A stretch of 63,958 nucleotides of DNA, the filler included, from Pelomyxa schiedti (Eukaryota > Protista > Evosea): assembly GCA_020536535.1 (NCBI GenBank). It is 8 parts of 8 records of this genome, joined end to end, with 100 filler letters (N's around TTAATTAATTAA, not from the genome) between each part and the next. Parts side by side here need not be neighbours in the genome. Positions count along the whole stretch, not along the records: positions 27,725 to 47,615 come from JAHLWZ010000085.1; positions 47,716 to 56,227 come from JAHLWZ010001318.1; positions 56,328 to 57,748 come from JAHLWZ010002516.1; positions 57,849 to 59,261 come from JAHLWZ010002525.1; 4 more parts are not named here. One strand, written 5' to 3'. This document shows, one piece after another, positions 44,535-57,880 of the stretch. A program made the translations under genes and the position numbers. Position 1 is the stretch's first letter. Every line of letters begins with the position of its first letter. The notes under the pieces are model-generated. The model was not told where the DNA came from and searched no databases. It saw only the letters and a list, made by a program, of their open reading frames with translations.

Positions 44535-47013
44535 ATGACGACGCGGAACGGTGGGTGGCCACTCGGCCGCGTTAGAAAACACAAAAGTGTCGACTTATGG
44601 GTTGGTTGGTTAACGACTTGTAGTTGTTGTTAAGTGGGGCAAGACCAAGTTGGACTTGTCTGTGGACTTGTCTGACACATATGAAACATTCAAGGTGTGT
44701 GTTGTTGTTGGTTGTGTTATCTTGTACATTAAAGAGAAAAACACGTTTTTTTTCTTTTTTTTTTTCTGTTTTTAACATACAACAACAGGCACAATTATTT
44801 GCGCTCAGTGGAGTTCCTATGGAGAGGCAAAAGAGTAGGAACCAACTTTCGTTTTTAGGACTAACAATTGTCCCTGGTTTTTAGTTATGGGGTTCAAAGG
44901 GACGCCAAAGGATGGCACTACACTTCAGTCTCTAGGGGTGAAGGAGGTTTCTTTCTTCACTCTTGTTTAATCCAAAATTAAGGGAATTAAAATTAGGGCC
45001 AAGTGTTCATGATGATTGGAAGTGCTGACTCTGTCCAGGCACCTTCAGCAAAAACTGTGTTTGTGGAGGACATGGCTCCCTCTGAAGTTGCAGCACAGGT
45101 ACACAAACTAAAGTTGGAAGCTCCAGTCTAAGCATTCCTACAGGCTGTGCTACTCCCTCCGGGATTAAGGAATGTTGGAAATACTTGTAGGATAAATGTT
45201 ATGTGCAAATCCCGATATCAACAATCGTCTTAGGTTATATGAACTCGACTGTCCAGATGCTCGGCAGTATCCCTGAGCTCCGTGAGATTATAATTAGGTT
45301 TGGATCTTGAATACCTTCCACTCTTAGTAAGGCTACTATGCAGGAATCCAGCTAAAGATGCTGATCTGAGGGCTCAAATGGTGAAATCCCTGGGGACCTT
45401 ATTTGGAATGCTCGCTCACAGTCATCAACCTGTCGTTCCACTGCAGTTTTATGCGGTATGCTATTTATTTCTAGCCTAGAAGCATGACACTTCTAGGATA
45501 TGATACGTGCTTATCCTCAGTTTGGTGAAGTTGATGAGAAGTCTAATGTCCCGAGACAACAGGTTTCTTGCACTCCATCTTTCAACCTAAGGCTGATTTC
45601 GATAGGATGCTGAAGAATGTTGGACGTCCATATTCATGTCAATCATCCAAAAAGTGGCAGCCGAGCAACGCTTGAAATTCCTATTCGAAGGAGAACTTGA
45701 AGCAACGTATGTCCAGCACTCCTACAACTTTACAGTGATGTGGATTAGATACACTTGCAAAGAAGCTGTTGATGAAACACCATCTGTGGTGAAAGATCCC
45801 TTTTACAAACTTTCATGTAATATTGACAACTCAATTTCGCACATGATTGATGGCCTTAAATTGGTAACCTTTTTTGGTGTCTTTTTTTCATTTAAAATAC
45901 ATAGAATATGAGTGGAGAAGTAGAGAAGCGGAGTCCATCTCTCAACAGAGAAGCGGTAATATCTGATCTGCATTTCCAGTTTTTCTGAACTCTATCAGAT
46001 ATATACAAAGAAGCAGCTCATTTCCCGATTACCAAAATACATTACTGTACAATTCGTGCGTTTCTTCTGGAAAAAGACCGCCCAAGGGAAAACAAAAATC
46101 ACCAAGGTACATCCCTCAAGAAGAACCTTGCATATTGGGTTAATTCTATTTTGGTATTTCCGAACAAAAGGCTGTAGGAATTCCGCAAGTGCTTGATTTA
46201 TTTGAACTGTGCACCCCAACTCTAAAAGAAAGATTAGGTGTTAAGCGCAGAGCTCTTCTTGAAGCATCTTTAGATGTGACTCCCTCTACATCTACTCCAG
46301 CTACTTCCGCAACAACCACAAGTACAACAACCACATCCTCCACCGAATCCCCAACTCCCATGGATACNNNNNNNNNNNNNNNNNNNNNNNNNNNNNNNNN
46401 NNNNNNNNNNNNNNNNNNNNNNNNNNNNNNNNNNNNNNNNNNNNNNNNNNNNNNNNNNNNNNNNNNNGCAGAGCTCTTCTTGAAGCATCTTTAGATGTGA
46501 CTCCCTCTACATCTACTCCAGCTACTTCCGCAACAACCACAAGTACAACAACCACATCCTCCACCGAATCCCCAACTCCCATGGATACATCCTCTCCTGC
46601 AACCACCGCGCCGGTTGCGGCACTACCTGTCAACCCAGAAAACGCAGGTACAACTCCATTCAAATGTGTCAACTTTGGAACTAAAACTCCGGCAGAGAAT
46701 GACACTGGGCAGTACACTCTCAAAGCCGTGGTCACGCACAAAGGAATCTACTCTGATGGAGGACATTATGTTGCGTGGGTGAAACAAGACGATGGTGCGT
46801 TTCATTTGCCAATTCTCCGCAGTTAATATCCACACAGACTCATGGCTTCTATTTGATGATGACAAAGTTCGAGTTGCGGACCCCAGTGATATAGCCAAAC
46901 TTGATGGCAAAGGAGGAGGTAAAAACACCACAATAACAAAACCGGCACAACTAACACATTCAGCTGAATGGCATATTGCTTACCTGTGCCTCTACGCCAC
47001 AAAATCCTCATGA
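44535..47013 (+). CDS. USP14: Proteasome-associated deubiquitinase USP14/Ubp6, multi-exon
   Basis: Ubl MTTRNVVVKWGKTK...AQLFALSGVPMERQK, MMIGS, FVEDM; Cys box GLRNVGNTCYMNS; QQDAEECW; His box VVTHKG..DGGHYVAWVK; FDDDKV, GG.EWHIAYLCLY. Confidence 0.93.
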
Positions 47014-47163
47014 GGACCTGCCCACAAAAGAATACAAGTACCCAAAACTAGATAACACAAAAGCACTTTTTGATGGGTTTTTATTGAGTTATAGTTACTT
47101 GTTATTTGTAGCTGCTGTCCAGGGGTTACGTTGTGACTAGTTTGTTTCTTGATGTTGTGGATG

Positions 47164-47615
47164 CTAATCATCATGTTCTTTAAGTTCCATTTCTTCAGCT
47201 AGTTCTGCAGCCCTTTGTTCAGGGGGTGCTGTTTCATCCTGGCTGGCATCAACAGCCTCCCAGCTCTGATTGAAGAACCCAAATATTGAGCCGGCAACAA
47301 TTACAATGTTGAGCAGCATCCATACCTATTACATTGGAATTAGGTGTAGTTGAGGGAACTATAGCCGGTTTTTGCTTTGTTGGTTTTGTGTTGTGGTTTC
47401 CGGAGTGATTGTATAGGGAGTCTGTGTACATACAGGAATAAGGATTATCTCTGACCACTTGTCTAATTCGGCGTTTGTTGGCTCGGATACAGCCGCTGCA
47501 ATTCCGTTCTCAACAATGATTATAATCAGGAGAACGAATGCCGAGAGGATGTAGTAATCCAGGATTGTTAGGTACGCGGTCTTTGGAAGGTACGCTCCAA
47601 TGACATACTGTAAAC
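47164..47615 (-). CDS. Pentameric ligand-gated ion channel (Pro-loop/Cys-loop family), M2-M4 3' fragment
   Basis: LQYVIGAYLPKTAYLTILDYYILSAFVLLIIIIVEN (M2-M3 loop LPKxxYLTxxD plus M3), a short loop, then spliced M4 LDKWSEIILIPVWMLLNIVIVAGSIFGFF. Not present in the ORF track. Confidence 0.75.
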
Positions 47616-47715
47616 NNNNNNNNNNNNNNNNNNNNNNNNNNNNNNNNNNNNNNNNNNNNTTAATTAATTAANNNNNNNNNNNNNNNNNNNNNNNNNNNNN
47701 NNNNNNNNNNNNNNN

Positions 47716-48559
47716 CGGGCAGCATCAGCAACAGTAGGACCAGGGGCACCAGTTTACATGTCACCTCAGATGTTCACAGGGCATTACACTTCAAAAGGTG
47801 TCTTCTCTTTCTTCTTTCTTCATTCCTCCACCAAGTCCTTTTTCCACCTTTACTTGAATTTCCAGAGGCACACCACTCACATACAAACAGGAGATGTGTG
47901 GAGCTTTGGGATCCTGACCACTGAAATGATTCACGGTGATATCCTCAACTCTGCCTCTTGCGCAGCAAATAACTTTCCTGGAGCAACAAAAGGGATCACT
48001 GCCACCACCAGATGTTGAAGGTTTGAATGAATGCTTTTTCCGCAAACAAATCAATAATCACCACACAGAAGTGAACCGGCTTTGCCGGGAAGCCACTGAA
48101 TCCTCTGTTGTTGAGTGCCTTGGCAGGAGAGATGCATGCCTCCGCACGGTGAACACCCTTATTCACTCACCTGACTCTTCCTTATTTACACCGAGTTGCG
48201 GACCCACTGGGAACATTGGTACAGCAGCGGACCTCCTGTTTCTCGTTGTTCAGTCATGCCTCTCAATTTGTGGTACGTCCGCGTGCTCTAAACCACTGAT
48301 TCATCATTCAACAGAGAGGAACCGGGCTCCATTCACAGTCATCGGGCAGATACTGCATTGTTGCTGCACATCAGCTTCCATTGCACTTTCCTCCTCCGCA
48401 CCAAGTGAAGAAACTCTTGCGAGTGTGATTACACGGGACCAAGTGGACCACACCATCACGCAGTGGCTGTCGTCGCTCGCTCCCGCAATAACATCCTCCA
48501 CACCCCCTTCTGCCTCCTCTCCCTCACAACCACCACCATCACCAACAGGCCTGTTGTGA
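47716..48559 (+). CDS. TKL-like protein kinase C-lobe fragment (paralog of 53180..56140), 5' truncated
   Basis: GPGAPVYMSPQMFTGHYTSKG/DVWSFGILTTEMI...EVNRLCREATES..AADLLFLVVQSCLS, collinear with 55390-56140. Confidence 0.8.
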
Positions 48560-48908
48560 CTTTATCTTTCACACGGGGACAAGAGGGCTGGCGCAGGGGA
48601 CATGCAGTTTGCTGCCTCACACCAGGTTTTCTCTTTCTCCCAAAAATGAGGGAATGGGTTATTTAAAAATCCTGAGGTATGGGTTGGCGACGATTCCATC
48701 TTTCTACAAATTGATTTTGTCCTTGATGAAAGCACGACAATCAGGGCATTTCTTCATGAATGTGGCACACCTTTTTGTTGTGTTTTGTAGTCAGTTGGGA
48801 GAAGAAAAGAAACCACACAGTACCCGAGAGCATAGGACAGCGTGACCACAAGGTTGAAACTGAACGTTTGGTGGCCTCTCATCACACTCCATGCAAGCAG
48901 TGCTGCTG

Positions 48909-50276
48909 TTACGGCTGTTGTTGTTCAATGCAACTGAGGTTGGTGCCTGTGCATCCTGGAAGAGTGGCAGCAGTGTGGCTTGCCACGGCTTCCGGACTGT
49001 GTCTCGAAACCATCAAGTCAAACATGGCTTGTTGAGCCTGAGGGAGCAACTCGGAGAGCATTGACCACACACCAGGCATCCCAATGAACTTCTCGTCACC
49101 CTCCAGCCCTCGCTGAAGCTTCCACTTGCCCTTGAATTCCCTCTGAAGCTCTGAACATTCCCTCTGTGTGTCCTCGATGGCCTTTTGGAGTGTGCCTCCA
49201 ATTGAAACCTGCTCAGGCAGCTCCTTTGACAGCACTGTGTGTTTGTCAGCAAGCTTTCCGCATTCCTGAAACTGGCACCTTTGGAGCTGCGCAAGAGTGT
49301 CTGAGAGAGCAATCAGCGACTGGAACGGGGGTGCGAATGTATGCTCGAGTTGAAACTGTGGTTGCTCGGAAAAGTGCACTGCAGGGAGAGCTTTCATCAG
49401 AATTCTATCGTTCTTTGTGTTTTTGTTTGTCAAATGAGGGTGACACTGCAGAGTGTTTTTACCTTCTTATGGTGGTGGAACAGTGAGGCTGTTCTCCAGT
49501 CCTGATGTTGATGTTGTGAAGGACTTGATATCCAAAATCTTTCTCGTCAACGTTGAGATGTTCCTGGCACACTCCTGAATCTCAGCTTCACTGTTCCCCA
49601 CCGTCGGTGTCTGCCCAAGGAGCTTCTTGCATGCATCATCAGACTCGTAGAGTTTCTTTGCCAGTGTGGCCTTCAGATCAGTGAGTTCTTTCAGCCTTTC
49701 TGCCAGTGCCTCGTTTTCGGCTGCTCTCATTTCTTCTTCCAGTTTTGCCTTGAAATCACTTTTTTCTTTGGAGAGTTCTTGTTTCAGTTTCTGGTTTTTG
49801 TTTGTGAGCACAAACAACCACACAAGAGAAGGAAGAGAGAAGGGGAAAACAACACACCTCAATCTGGAGATGGTGTTCAAACTGTGGGAGTGATGATCCC
49901 ATCTGATGTTGCACTTCTGAGTTCCCACTTTGAAAAAGGGGTGCCCTTCAGAATGGATGATGCCGATGATTACAGTGTTGCACCCTCACCACTGCACGCC
50001 CATCCACACCTAGGTTCCTGTCCCCCTTTTCAGGGCAGCGTCCCTGTACAACCCCTCATACCACCCGCCACCGCCAAGTCGGCGTACACCCCACCCATCG
50101 GCCCTGCCCTTGTGCCACTCACCGAGGTAGGTGTTGCCATTGGCCGCTGTGTGCAGACCTCGGCCATGCCTCAGGCCATCCTTCCAATTACCATCATACG
50201 TCTCATCACTCGACCACTTGCCGCGCAGGTGCTTGTGCTCGCCGCAGCGTCGGTGGCCATCGATGTGACGCAGCAT
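48909..50276 (-). pseudogene. MORN-repeat / coiled-coil gene, apparently disrupted
   Basis: MORN repeats YDGNWKDGLRHGRG, YLGEWHKGRADGWG, YEGLYRD end in an in-frame TAG at 50010. Downstream exons encode coiled coil (KLKQELSKEKSDFKAKLEEE). Confidence 0.45.
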
Positions 50277-51212
50277 GACCTTTGTTTTCGTAGTCGTCAA
50301 GAGCTCTTGACGTGCCTCGGTTAGAGCCAACCACTGTTGTTGGGCTTTTTTTTTCGCCCTCGTTATCACAAGAAAACGATCAGAAAAAAATCGGTTGTTA
50401 TGCACTTAATAAACAACGTGAAAGGCAATACTCACACTTTCTGCAACAACACCCCACAAGGCAAAAGGAAGCCACATAGACTACCCAGACCCACACATAA
50501 AGAGAGCATAATAGTGTCATACTCCAGACTGTTGAGAACTTATCGTGGGAACTTAAAATTGCTCTGTGACGGAGTGAGACCAGAAACATAAAGGAAGGAT
50601 CATACGAAAGTCCAAGGAACGAGAAAATAATTGCACCTGTGCACAATCAGAGGATTCACAAATAAGGGATTCTTGTACAGAAGCTCAAGACAAAAAAAAG
50701 CAGTATTGGCCAGTATAAAAAACTTTTTCCTTTGAGTGCTTCAACATCCGCAAAGGCATACGCAACTGAGTAGGCAAAGAAACACCAGAAAAGCAGAAAG
50801 AAGAACACACACACAGTCATCTGAAACTCAAATGAGTGGGGAGTAATGATGAAGAACACACCGAAAATGGATCCTCGTTGGCATTCAGTGCAAAAGCACA
50901 CAATGGGCAGAAAAAAAACGGGAGCGAAATAAGTGTTTCACAGCCCAAGGTCAACCACCTGGCTCCACTCCGCAACTTGTTCTCTTCAGATTTCATCTTA
51001 GGATGTGGATGTTTTTTTTTATTTTGATGTGTCGTGCCGCTTGTAGTGGCGTTTTGAAGTAAGCAAGTTGTTGTTGCTGCCAAGTAGGCGGTACCGACAA
51101 GTTGTTGCTCAAAGCAAATCAAACAACTTGGCCAACTTGTGGGAAACAGGAGACCACTTTTTAAGGCTCCCTTTTACCACCCAAACATACGAAACCAAAA
51201 CAAAACAGCAGG

Positions 51213-52886
51213 ATGGAAAACGAAAACCGAAACGAGCACAATCTATGGGACGGGCTTCTTCAAAGATTACCGTTTGCCAATTGCTTTCTTAAATTGTCTT
51301 TTTTATGTTTTTTAGGGGTCATTATGACACACTCAATGCCACCACGCCTAGGCGGTATAGGGCATACTTCCCACTTGCTGGAATGTGCTCCATTTTACTA
51401 TTAGTTGGAATTATTGGATTGATGTTAGTTTCTGTCATTTGCTGGTTTCGGATTGCCGATGTGATTGTTAACGAAGTAAAACTCAGCATAATGTTACTCT
51501 GCACTCACACAATCTAGACCACAAGCCAAAATCTTGTCGTTTACAACGCCAACACTACCACCTGGTTTCCAAATATTGCATTGGCTGCTGAAAATGACCT
51601 ACTTTTCAAGTACCTTGAAGTGAACTTCTCAGTAGTTACTATTTTCAATGCAACGAGACAGAACAGGTTACCTCATACTCGAAAACAACCTCTCTAAATT
51701 TTATAAGGACATATTTTTATTGTTCCAGTGGGGTTGAGTGTACTGTTCCGCACTCTCCTTTAACATTCATCTGCCCTCCCCCTGGTATTTTCTTCATCAA
51801 TTCAGTTCTGTTCCGCTTTAACAAAGACAAAGATTGTGGAGCAATGGGTGGAATTCCGGGCACTGAGAAATACACGTGTGTTTATCACCTGTTGGGCTGA
51901 GTGACTAACCCCGCCTTGTAGATTCACCCGAGCCGAGTTGGTGTGGAGACGAAATGTCACCAAAGAGGTCATGCCTGAGCTTTACTCAACTCGTTTGTTT
52001 TATGCAATCAATGCAACCCAGTGCGCGTACAAAGGTTGGTTCAAACAAAACTGTGAACCACACCGCATGATTTTTTTGGAATGGGTTGCAATAACAGGTT
52101 AAACACTTTTTCTAATGCGTTTATGCACTCACAGCCTTAGACTTGAATGTTGTACCAATACTGGACAACTACATGATGCCGTCTCATGTAGAAGACTCTA
52201 ACCGGTGGTGGCCAGAAGTCTTAAATATTATCCACCTGGGATATCCAGTTGAAAATGACGTGTGGCATGTGGAAGGTTCTTTCTCCAGCTTCTCAAATCC
52301 CTGTAACATAAAACCAGATGTGCGAGATCACTATGAACTTAAAAATCTCTCTGCCTCACATCGGAACAGTGTATTAAGTGTGAACATTGCCTTGACCCCA
52401 TATCTCACTTTCATATACCGCCAACACAGCCATCTTGCTGACCTCGTTTTGGAGATTGGGGCTGCCCTTGGGCTTCTCAAACTCACAGGTACAAGCCAGG
52501 AAAACATACCCACCACTCATCTGAACACAACAGGAGTGATTGCATTTATTAACGGCAGAATCTATGCACTGGCCCGAAGGACGGCTTTCAATGCCCGAGA
52601 GGTCGTATCAGATATTTCTATTTGGTTGTTCAACGCATGGCGTGGGACAATACAAATTAGAGTCCAGAACAGTGAAGGCATTTCATTTGTGATGGAAGTC
52701 AGCAAGTGGGATACAGTTGCTGAGGTTTTGACCAAGATTAAAGAGGAGAAACAAGTCGAAACCAAAAATATGTGTCTCTACTATCGGACAAAAACGCTTG
52801 AAAATACAACAACGCTTTGCAAAATTGAGGGCTTCTCAGAGAACAGTCTACTGTACCTGTTGCCCACCACCGGTAGGACCTTCTAG
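51213..52886 (+). CDS. Two-TM membrane protein with a large Cys-containing ectodomain and a C-terminal ubiquitin-like domain, multi-exon
   Basis: TM1 SILLLVGIIGLMLVSVICWF; WFPNIAL; TM2 LADLVLEIGAALGLLKLTG/VIAFI after removing a 45-nt GT-AG intron (52489..52533). Ubl IQIRVQNSEG..MEVSKWDTVAEVLTKIKEE..LYYRTKTLE..TL. Confidence 0.65.
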
Positions 52887-53179
52887 CATCAACGCAGGAA
52901 AAAAAAATCTTTTTTATTGGTAAATACAGATTTCGCCTCCTTTCAAGGATACGGATCCACCGCCTGTCGCCGACAGACGCGTCTGCCGCAGTTCGAGTAT
53001 TAGAATTATCGAAGATCTGAGTCGGCGCTCCCGCACTTCGGTGGTGTCTTCCCCTACGAGTGCTGGGCTTCTGGGAGATGGCCTCAGTCTGAGTGAGGTT
53101 TAAATTACCTGTTAGCACCAGGTACTGATGATTCCCTGAAACTCATTTACGCCATGCCGAAAAGGGCACTCCTGTCGTA

Positions 53180-56140
53180 ATGGTAGTCAGTGACTCTTCG
53201 ACCTCCATAAGTGGGGGCACTTACACAGGCCGCCTCGTCAACAACAGACGCGACGGCCGTGGCACATGCAAATGGCCGACCGGGTACACCTACGACGGCG
53301 AGTGGAGAGACGGGCAGAAGCACGGCCGAGGAGTTTTCAGGTGGTCGGACGGCGTCGCCTTCGACGGAGAGTGCAACAACGGCTACATAGACGGGTGGGG
53401 CGTGTGCCTGTGGCCCGACGGCGCGTCGTACGAGGGCCTGTGGAGGAACGGGTGCCGCAAGAGGGGCACATGGCGCAGCTCGAACGGCGCCGAGGTGAGA
53501 GACGGCGAGTGGGTGCATAACCTGGTAACAAAGGAGTGCGAGATGGAGGGGTGGGGGGTACTACGGAGGAAGGTCCCAAGGGGCGCTGGCAGTGGTGGCG
53601 GTGAAATAATGGTGACGGTGTATGAGGGTGAGTGGGAGGCTAACAAGTGGCATGGGTGGGGCACCTGGAGGTCGCCCATGACTGGGGATATCTATTGCGG
53701 TCAGTTTGATCAGCAAGTAAGGTGTGGCAAAGGCAGCATGCTGTTTGGTGGTGAAGGAGATAAAGGAGGGATGTACGTTGGGGAGTGGAGGGATGACATG
53801 TTCCATGGTAGGGGTGTAAGGATTTGGGGTGATGGGACGAGGTACGAGGGTGACTGGGTATGTGGCAAGGAGCATGGTAAAGGCACAAAAACCTGGGCCT
53901 GTGACGGCACTTCGTTCGTGGGAGTTTGGGAAATGGGTGTGATGAAGTCAGGGATGCAGAGGTGGCCAAATGGCGATGAGTTCTCTGGCACCTTCACATC
54001 AGTCAGTGACGGCGGAGGAAGTAGTACCAGGCCAAAGGATTTGGAGAGAAGGGGAAAAAACACGAGTGTGGGAATGTTTCCTAAAAGTGGGGTTTTCAAG
54101 GAATGTGGTGTGGTTAACGGCATTGATTGGAGTGGTGATAGGCAGCTTGGATTCCTGGAAAACCAAGTGAGAGTGCTGGAAAGTGAAAACCATCACCTGA
54201 AACAGGAGGTATCACAATTATTAGAGAACCAAGAAGCTTTTCAGTTAAAAGCTGCTTCTGCAGGCATTGACCATATTTTGCAACACATTCAGCAAGGGTG
54301 TTGGGTCAAATCTCTTGTCCCAACATCATCTCTTATCCCTCAAGAAAGCACAACCATACAGCAAGGGAGTGGAAATGAATGCGTGATGAAAGAAGTTTCA
54401 ATCACACTGGAAAGGCCCAACATCATGTTCCATGAGTCCTTTTGCTCAAAGTGTCCATTTGAAAAGGTTAACTGAAGCACATAATTAGGAAATCTAACTC
54501 CCTTGAAAGATTGTGAAGATGGAAATTGAAAAAAGGTTCGGAGTCGATGAAAACTATCAGATAATATCTGTCTCGAAGGAGTCACCTAGTCATAAAGACC
54601 CACATAATGAAGCAGCTGTGCTACTATCGGGGAGTTCACTGACATTGTCTCAATTACCTTTAGATTTCAGTGAGGAGGCACAACCTCAGGTGAGGGTTGG
54701 AATGACCCCCATGCTGGTCATACAGGAGAAAGATCTCATTACTTCAACAGTACTGGGAGTTGGATCCTATGGGACTGTCTTCAAAGGCACACACGTTCCA
54801 ACATCAAGGGAAGTTGCTGTGAAGTCACTGCATGACGACATAGTATCAGATTATCACATTGAGCGTTTTAGGCTCGAGGCAGAGGTTCCTACACACGTGT
54901 TTGAAGACTATAACAAAACCCCCAGATTATGAGTGGGCTGAGACACCCCAACATTGTGAAGTACCTTGGAATGTGCACAACTGCATCTGGGAAACTACTG
55001 CTTGTTTCGGAGCTCTTGTGCTGCAGTCTCAAGCAGCTTCTTATGATAGTTGTTTTCCTCTACCATCAGTAGAAACCTGACAAAAACAGAAACAACTTAA
55101 GTTCCAAGAAGTAGCAGCTATTACGTTTGGTATTTCTAAGGGAATGGATAGTCTTCACAGGTATGCGATTGCTGCCAGAACTTATATTTTTTCACGACTG
55201 ACAGACAAAACTTCATGCATCGAGATCTCAGCAGCAAGAATGTTCTTTTAGATGCAGCCGGAAATCCAAAAATCTGCGATTTCGGTATGAGAGTTTTTTT
55301 TTTTGCACCCTCATCAACTTCAAAGGTGTATCACGTGAGATGAATTCTCAGTATCTTCACTCCAGAGCTGCTCAATGGAAACGCTCACAATCCAAAGGAC
55401 CTGGAACACCACTGTACATGTCACCTCAGATGTTCACAGCTCACTACACTTCAAAAGGTTTGAAGGTTAGCCCATTCTGTTCTCTTCCCTCCCCACAGGA
55501 GATGTGTGGAGTTTCGGGATTCTGACCACTGAACTGATTAATGGTGAAGTCATTGATACTGGGTTCCAGGCTTCACCCCTTTCGGCTCAAGTAACGTTTC
55601 TGGAAAAGCAAAAGAGATTGCTTTCACCACAGGATATTCAAGGTTCGATTGCATTACATTTTCCACAGGGTTAACATATCCACAGAGGTGGACCGGCTTT
55701 GCCGGGAATCCACGGAATCAACTGTTGTGTGTTGCCTGAGCCGGAGAGATGCGTGCCTAAATGCAGTGAATACACTAGTTCACCTGGCAGAGTCACCGTT
55801 GTTTTCACAGGAGCCACCCAGGGGTGGTCCTGATGCAGCCAGTGTATCCGTTGCAGCCGATCTTCTGTTCCTTGTTGTTCAATCGTGCCTGTCAGTCTGT
55901 GGTATGTGTTTCCCATCCGGTCTATCGTTAGTTAACCCCTACCCAGAGAATAACCGTGTTCCGTTCCCAATGATCACCCAAATGCTGCATAGTTGTTGCA
56001 CCTGTGCCGCCATCGCCTTGTCTGAACCGCCATCTGCCTCGTCAGGACTTGACCCTTCCGTCAGTGTGACAGAGGACCAAGTGCACAGTAGCATGACACA
56101 GTGGCTCGCATCCCTCTCAGTGACCGTTTCAAGAACATAG
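53180..56140 (+). CDS. MORN-repeat, coiled-coil, TKL-like protein kinase, multi-exon
   Basis: Multiple YxGxWxxxxxHGxG repeats; kinase motifs LGVGSYGTV, VAVK, LRHPNIV, HRDLSSKNVL, KICDFG, GTPLYMSPQ, DVWSFG. Confidence 0.9.
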
Positions 56141-56607
56141 CTCCCTTGGCCAAAACGAAAAAAAATTTTTTCATTATCTATTGCCAGTGGAGAATGATGA
56201 CATTGCGGTGGAAGCAGGGTCGCCTTCNNNNNNNNNNNNNNNNNNNNNNNNNNNNNNNNNNNNNNNNNNNNTTAATTAATTAANNNNNNNNNNNNNNNNN
56301 NNNNNNNNNNNNNNNNNNNNNNNNNNNACCTCGGGAATGGCTTGTTGCAATGCCACACAAGGCTTGGCTCGATAAGCAAATAGTGGCATTCTTGAACACA
56401 ATATGCAAGACCGACATTCTTTCTTAATTAAGAAAAAAACAGGAAAAACCCAAAATTGTCCCACATGTCACTTTTTCTGTCACGGCATACAACCACACAA
56501 ATATTCATACAGTGTCTTTCAGAAACAAAAATTCAGTAGGTGCATACATTAGAACCTGAAAATTTGTGTCGTTATCATTAATTGTGACAGTTGAATTTGT
56601 GCACACA

Positions 56608-57600
56608 TCAAGATATCTGATTATCAGCAAATGAGCCAGCAATTAGTTTGTTGTCGCGGGCCAACTTGTCCTCCTGCTGCTTGCTTTCCTCGAATTTGGT
56701 TTGTAGCAAGTACGTGGTTTTTCCAATATTCGTTATGCACTGTGCACACGGCAAAAAGAAATTGGTAAGTTCAACAAGTAAAGTACGGTGTGAAGGAAGT
56801 AAAGAAACCAACCTGGTCAGATGTACTGATACTTGAATCATAGGAAGCAAACATCTTCGCAGCCTTTGTTAACTCCTAGAGTGTGCATCATTATGCATAA
56901 TATGCGTGTATTGGTTAATTTGACTTCAAATATCTACCCCATACACATACGCCACTCACATCCCATAATATAATATAATAGGCATTGTTGGGCGCACGCA
57001 CGCGTAGTTGAGTGGAGTGGGTGAAAGAAATAATAATCGCACGTCTCTCATCCTGGAATACTCGAGGAATGACTTGTCCAGGAGCAAGAAGGACGACATG
57101 GCGTCGTCGGCGGCCTCGCGTATCACTTCTCCCCATTGCTCGACGTCCGGCTGCACCGACGCTATCTGTCTCTCCACGTACATCACCCTGTATTCTTAAT
57201 GTAAAATGATGAGTGTCGATACAGCAGGGGATGTAATGGGAATCGAACTCTTTCAAACGGGAGGGTATGTGTGTCTCTGAGCTCAATCCCCTCAAGAAAG
57301 ACGAGACGCGGGGGCGATAGCATTGGTCTTGATGGGCCCCTCAGGGTCTGGGTTGGACGCATCACCCGCTAGGAAGGCCCAAATTCTGCAGAAAATCCTT
57401 GTTCAAGCCTCGCTCACAACATATGACCATAAGTACACTCTTCTCACACCTTTCAGAACATGATTGTGCGATAGTAACTCCTCTTCACCCCAATTCCATA
57501 CTATCTTGACATCACCTTCCTTTTCGTCCACTCAAAACCACACCACACCTGTACTTCGATGTGTGAAACACTCTATTTGCACTTGGTTTTCCTCCTATGA
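56608..57600 (-). CDS. Hypothetical multi-exon protein
   Basis: Coding-like segments (YVERQIASVQPDVEQWGEVIREAADDAM; LTNFFLPCAQ..) bounded by GT-AG; no family recognised. Confidence 0.3.
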
Positions 57601-57880
57601 AAAAAAAACATACTAAAAAACATTTTGTGTTTTCGAAAATATATATGTAACATTTTCCTTCCCGCATTAACAGCCGTTGGCTAGTCTCGGCTTTCTGAGG
57701 TTGGCAATCTTTCTGCCACTCGCTTAATTGCTGTGGAAAGTTTCAACTNNNNNNNNNNNNNNNNNNNNNNNNNNNNNNNNNNNNNNNNNNNNTTAATTAA
57801 TTAANNNNNNNNNNNNNNNNNNNNNNNNNNNNNNNNNNNNNNNNNNNNTTCCTTAATTAAATGGTTTCCATGACATTGCA

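Noticed and set aside
46247-46588. Tandem duplication inside USP14 (and inside cyclase copy 2 at 40558..40899)
   Set aside because: Exact 121-nt overlaps on both sides of 100-N gaps indicate assembler k-mer artefacts.
20235-47013. Alternative genetic code to explain fragmented ORFs
   Set aside because: The breaks are explained by short GT-AG introns, and TAA, TAG and TGA all serve as true stops.
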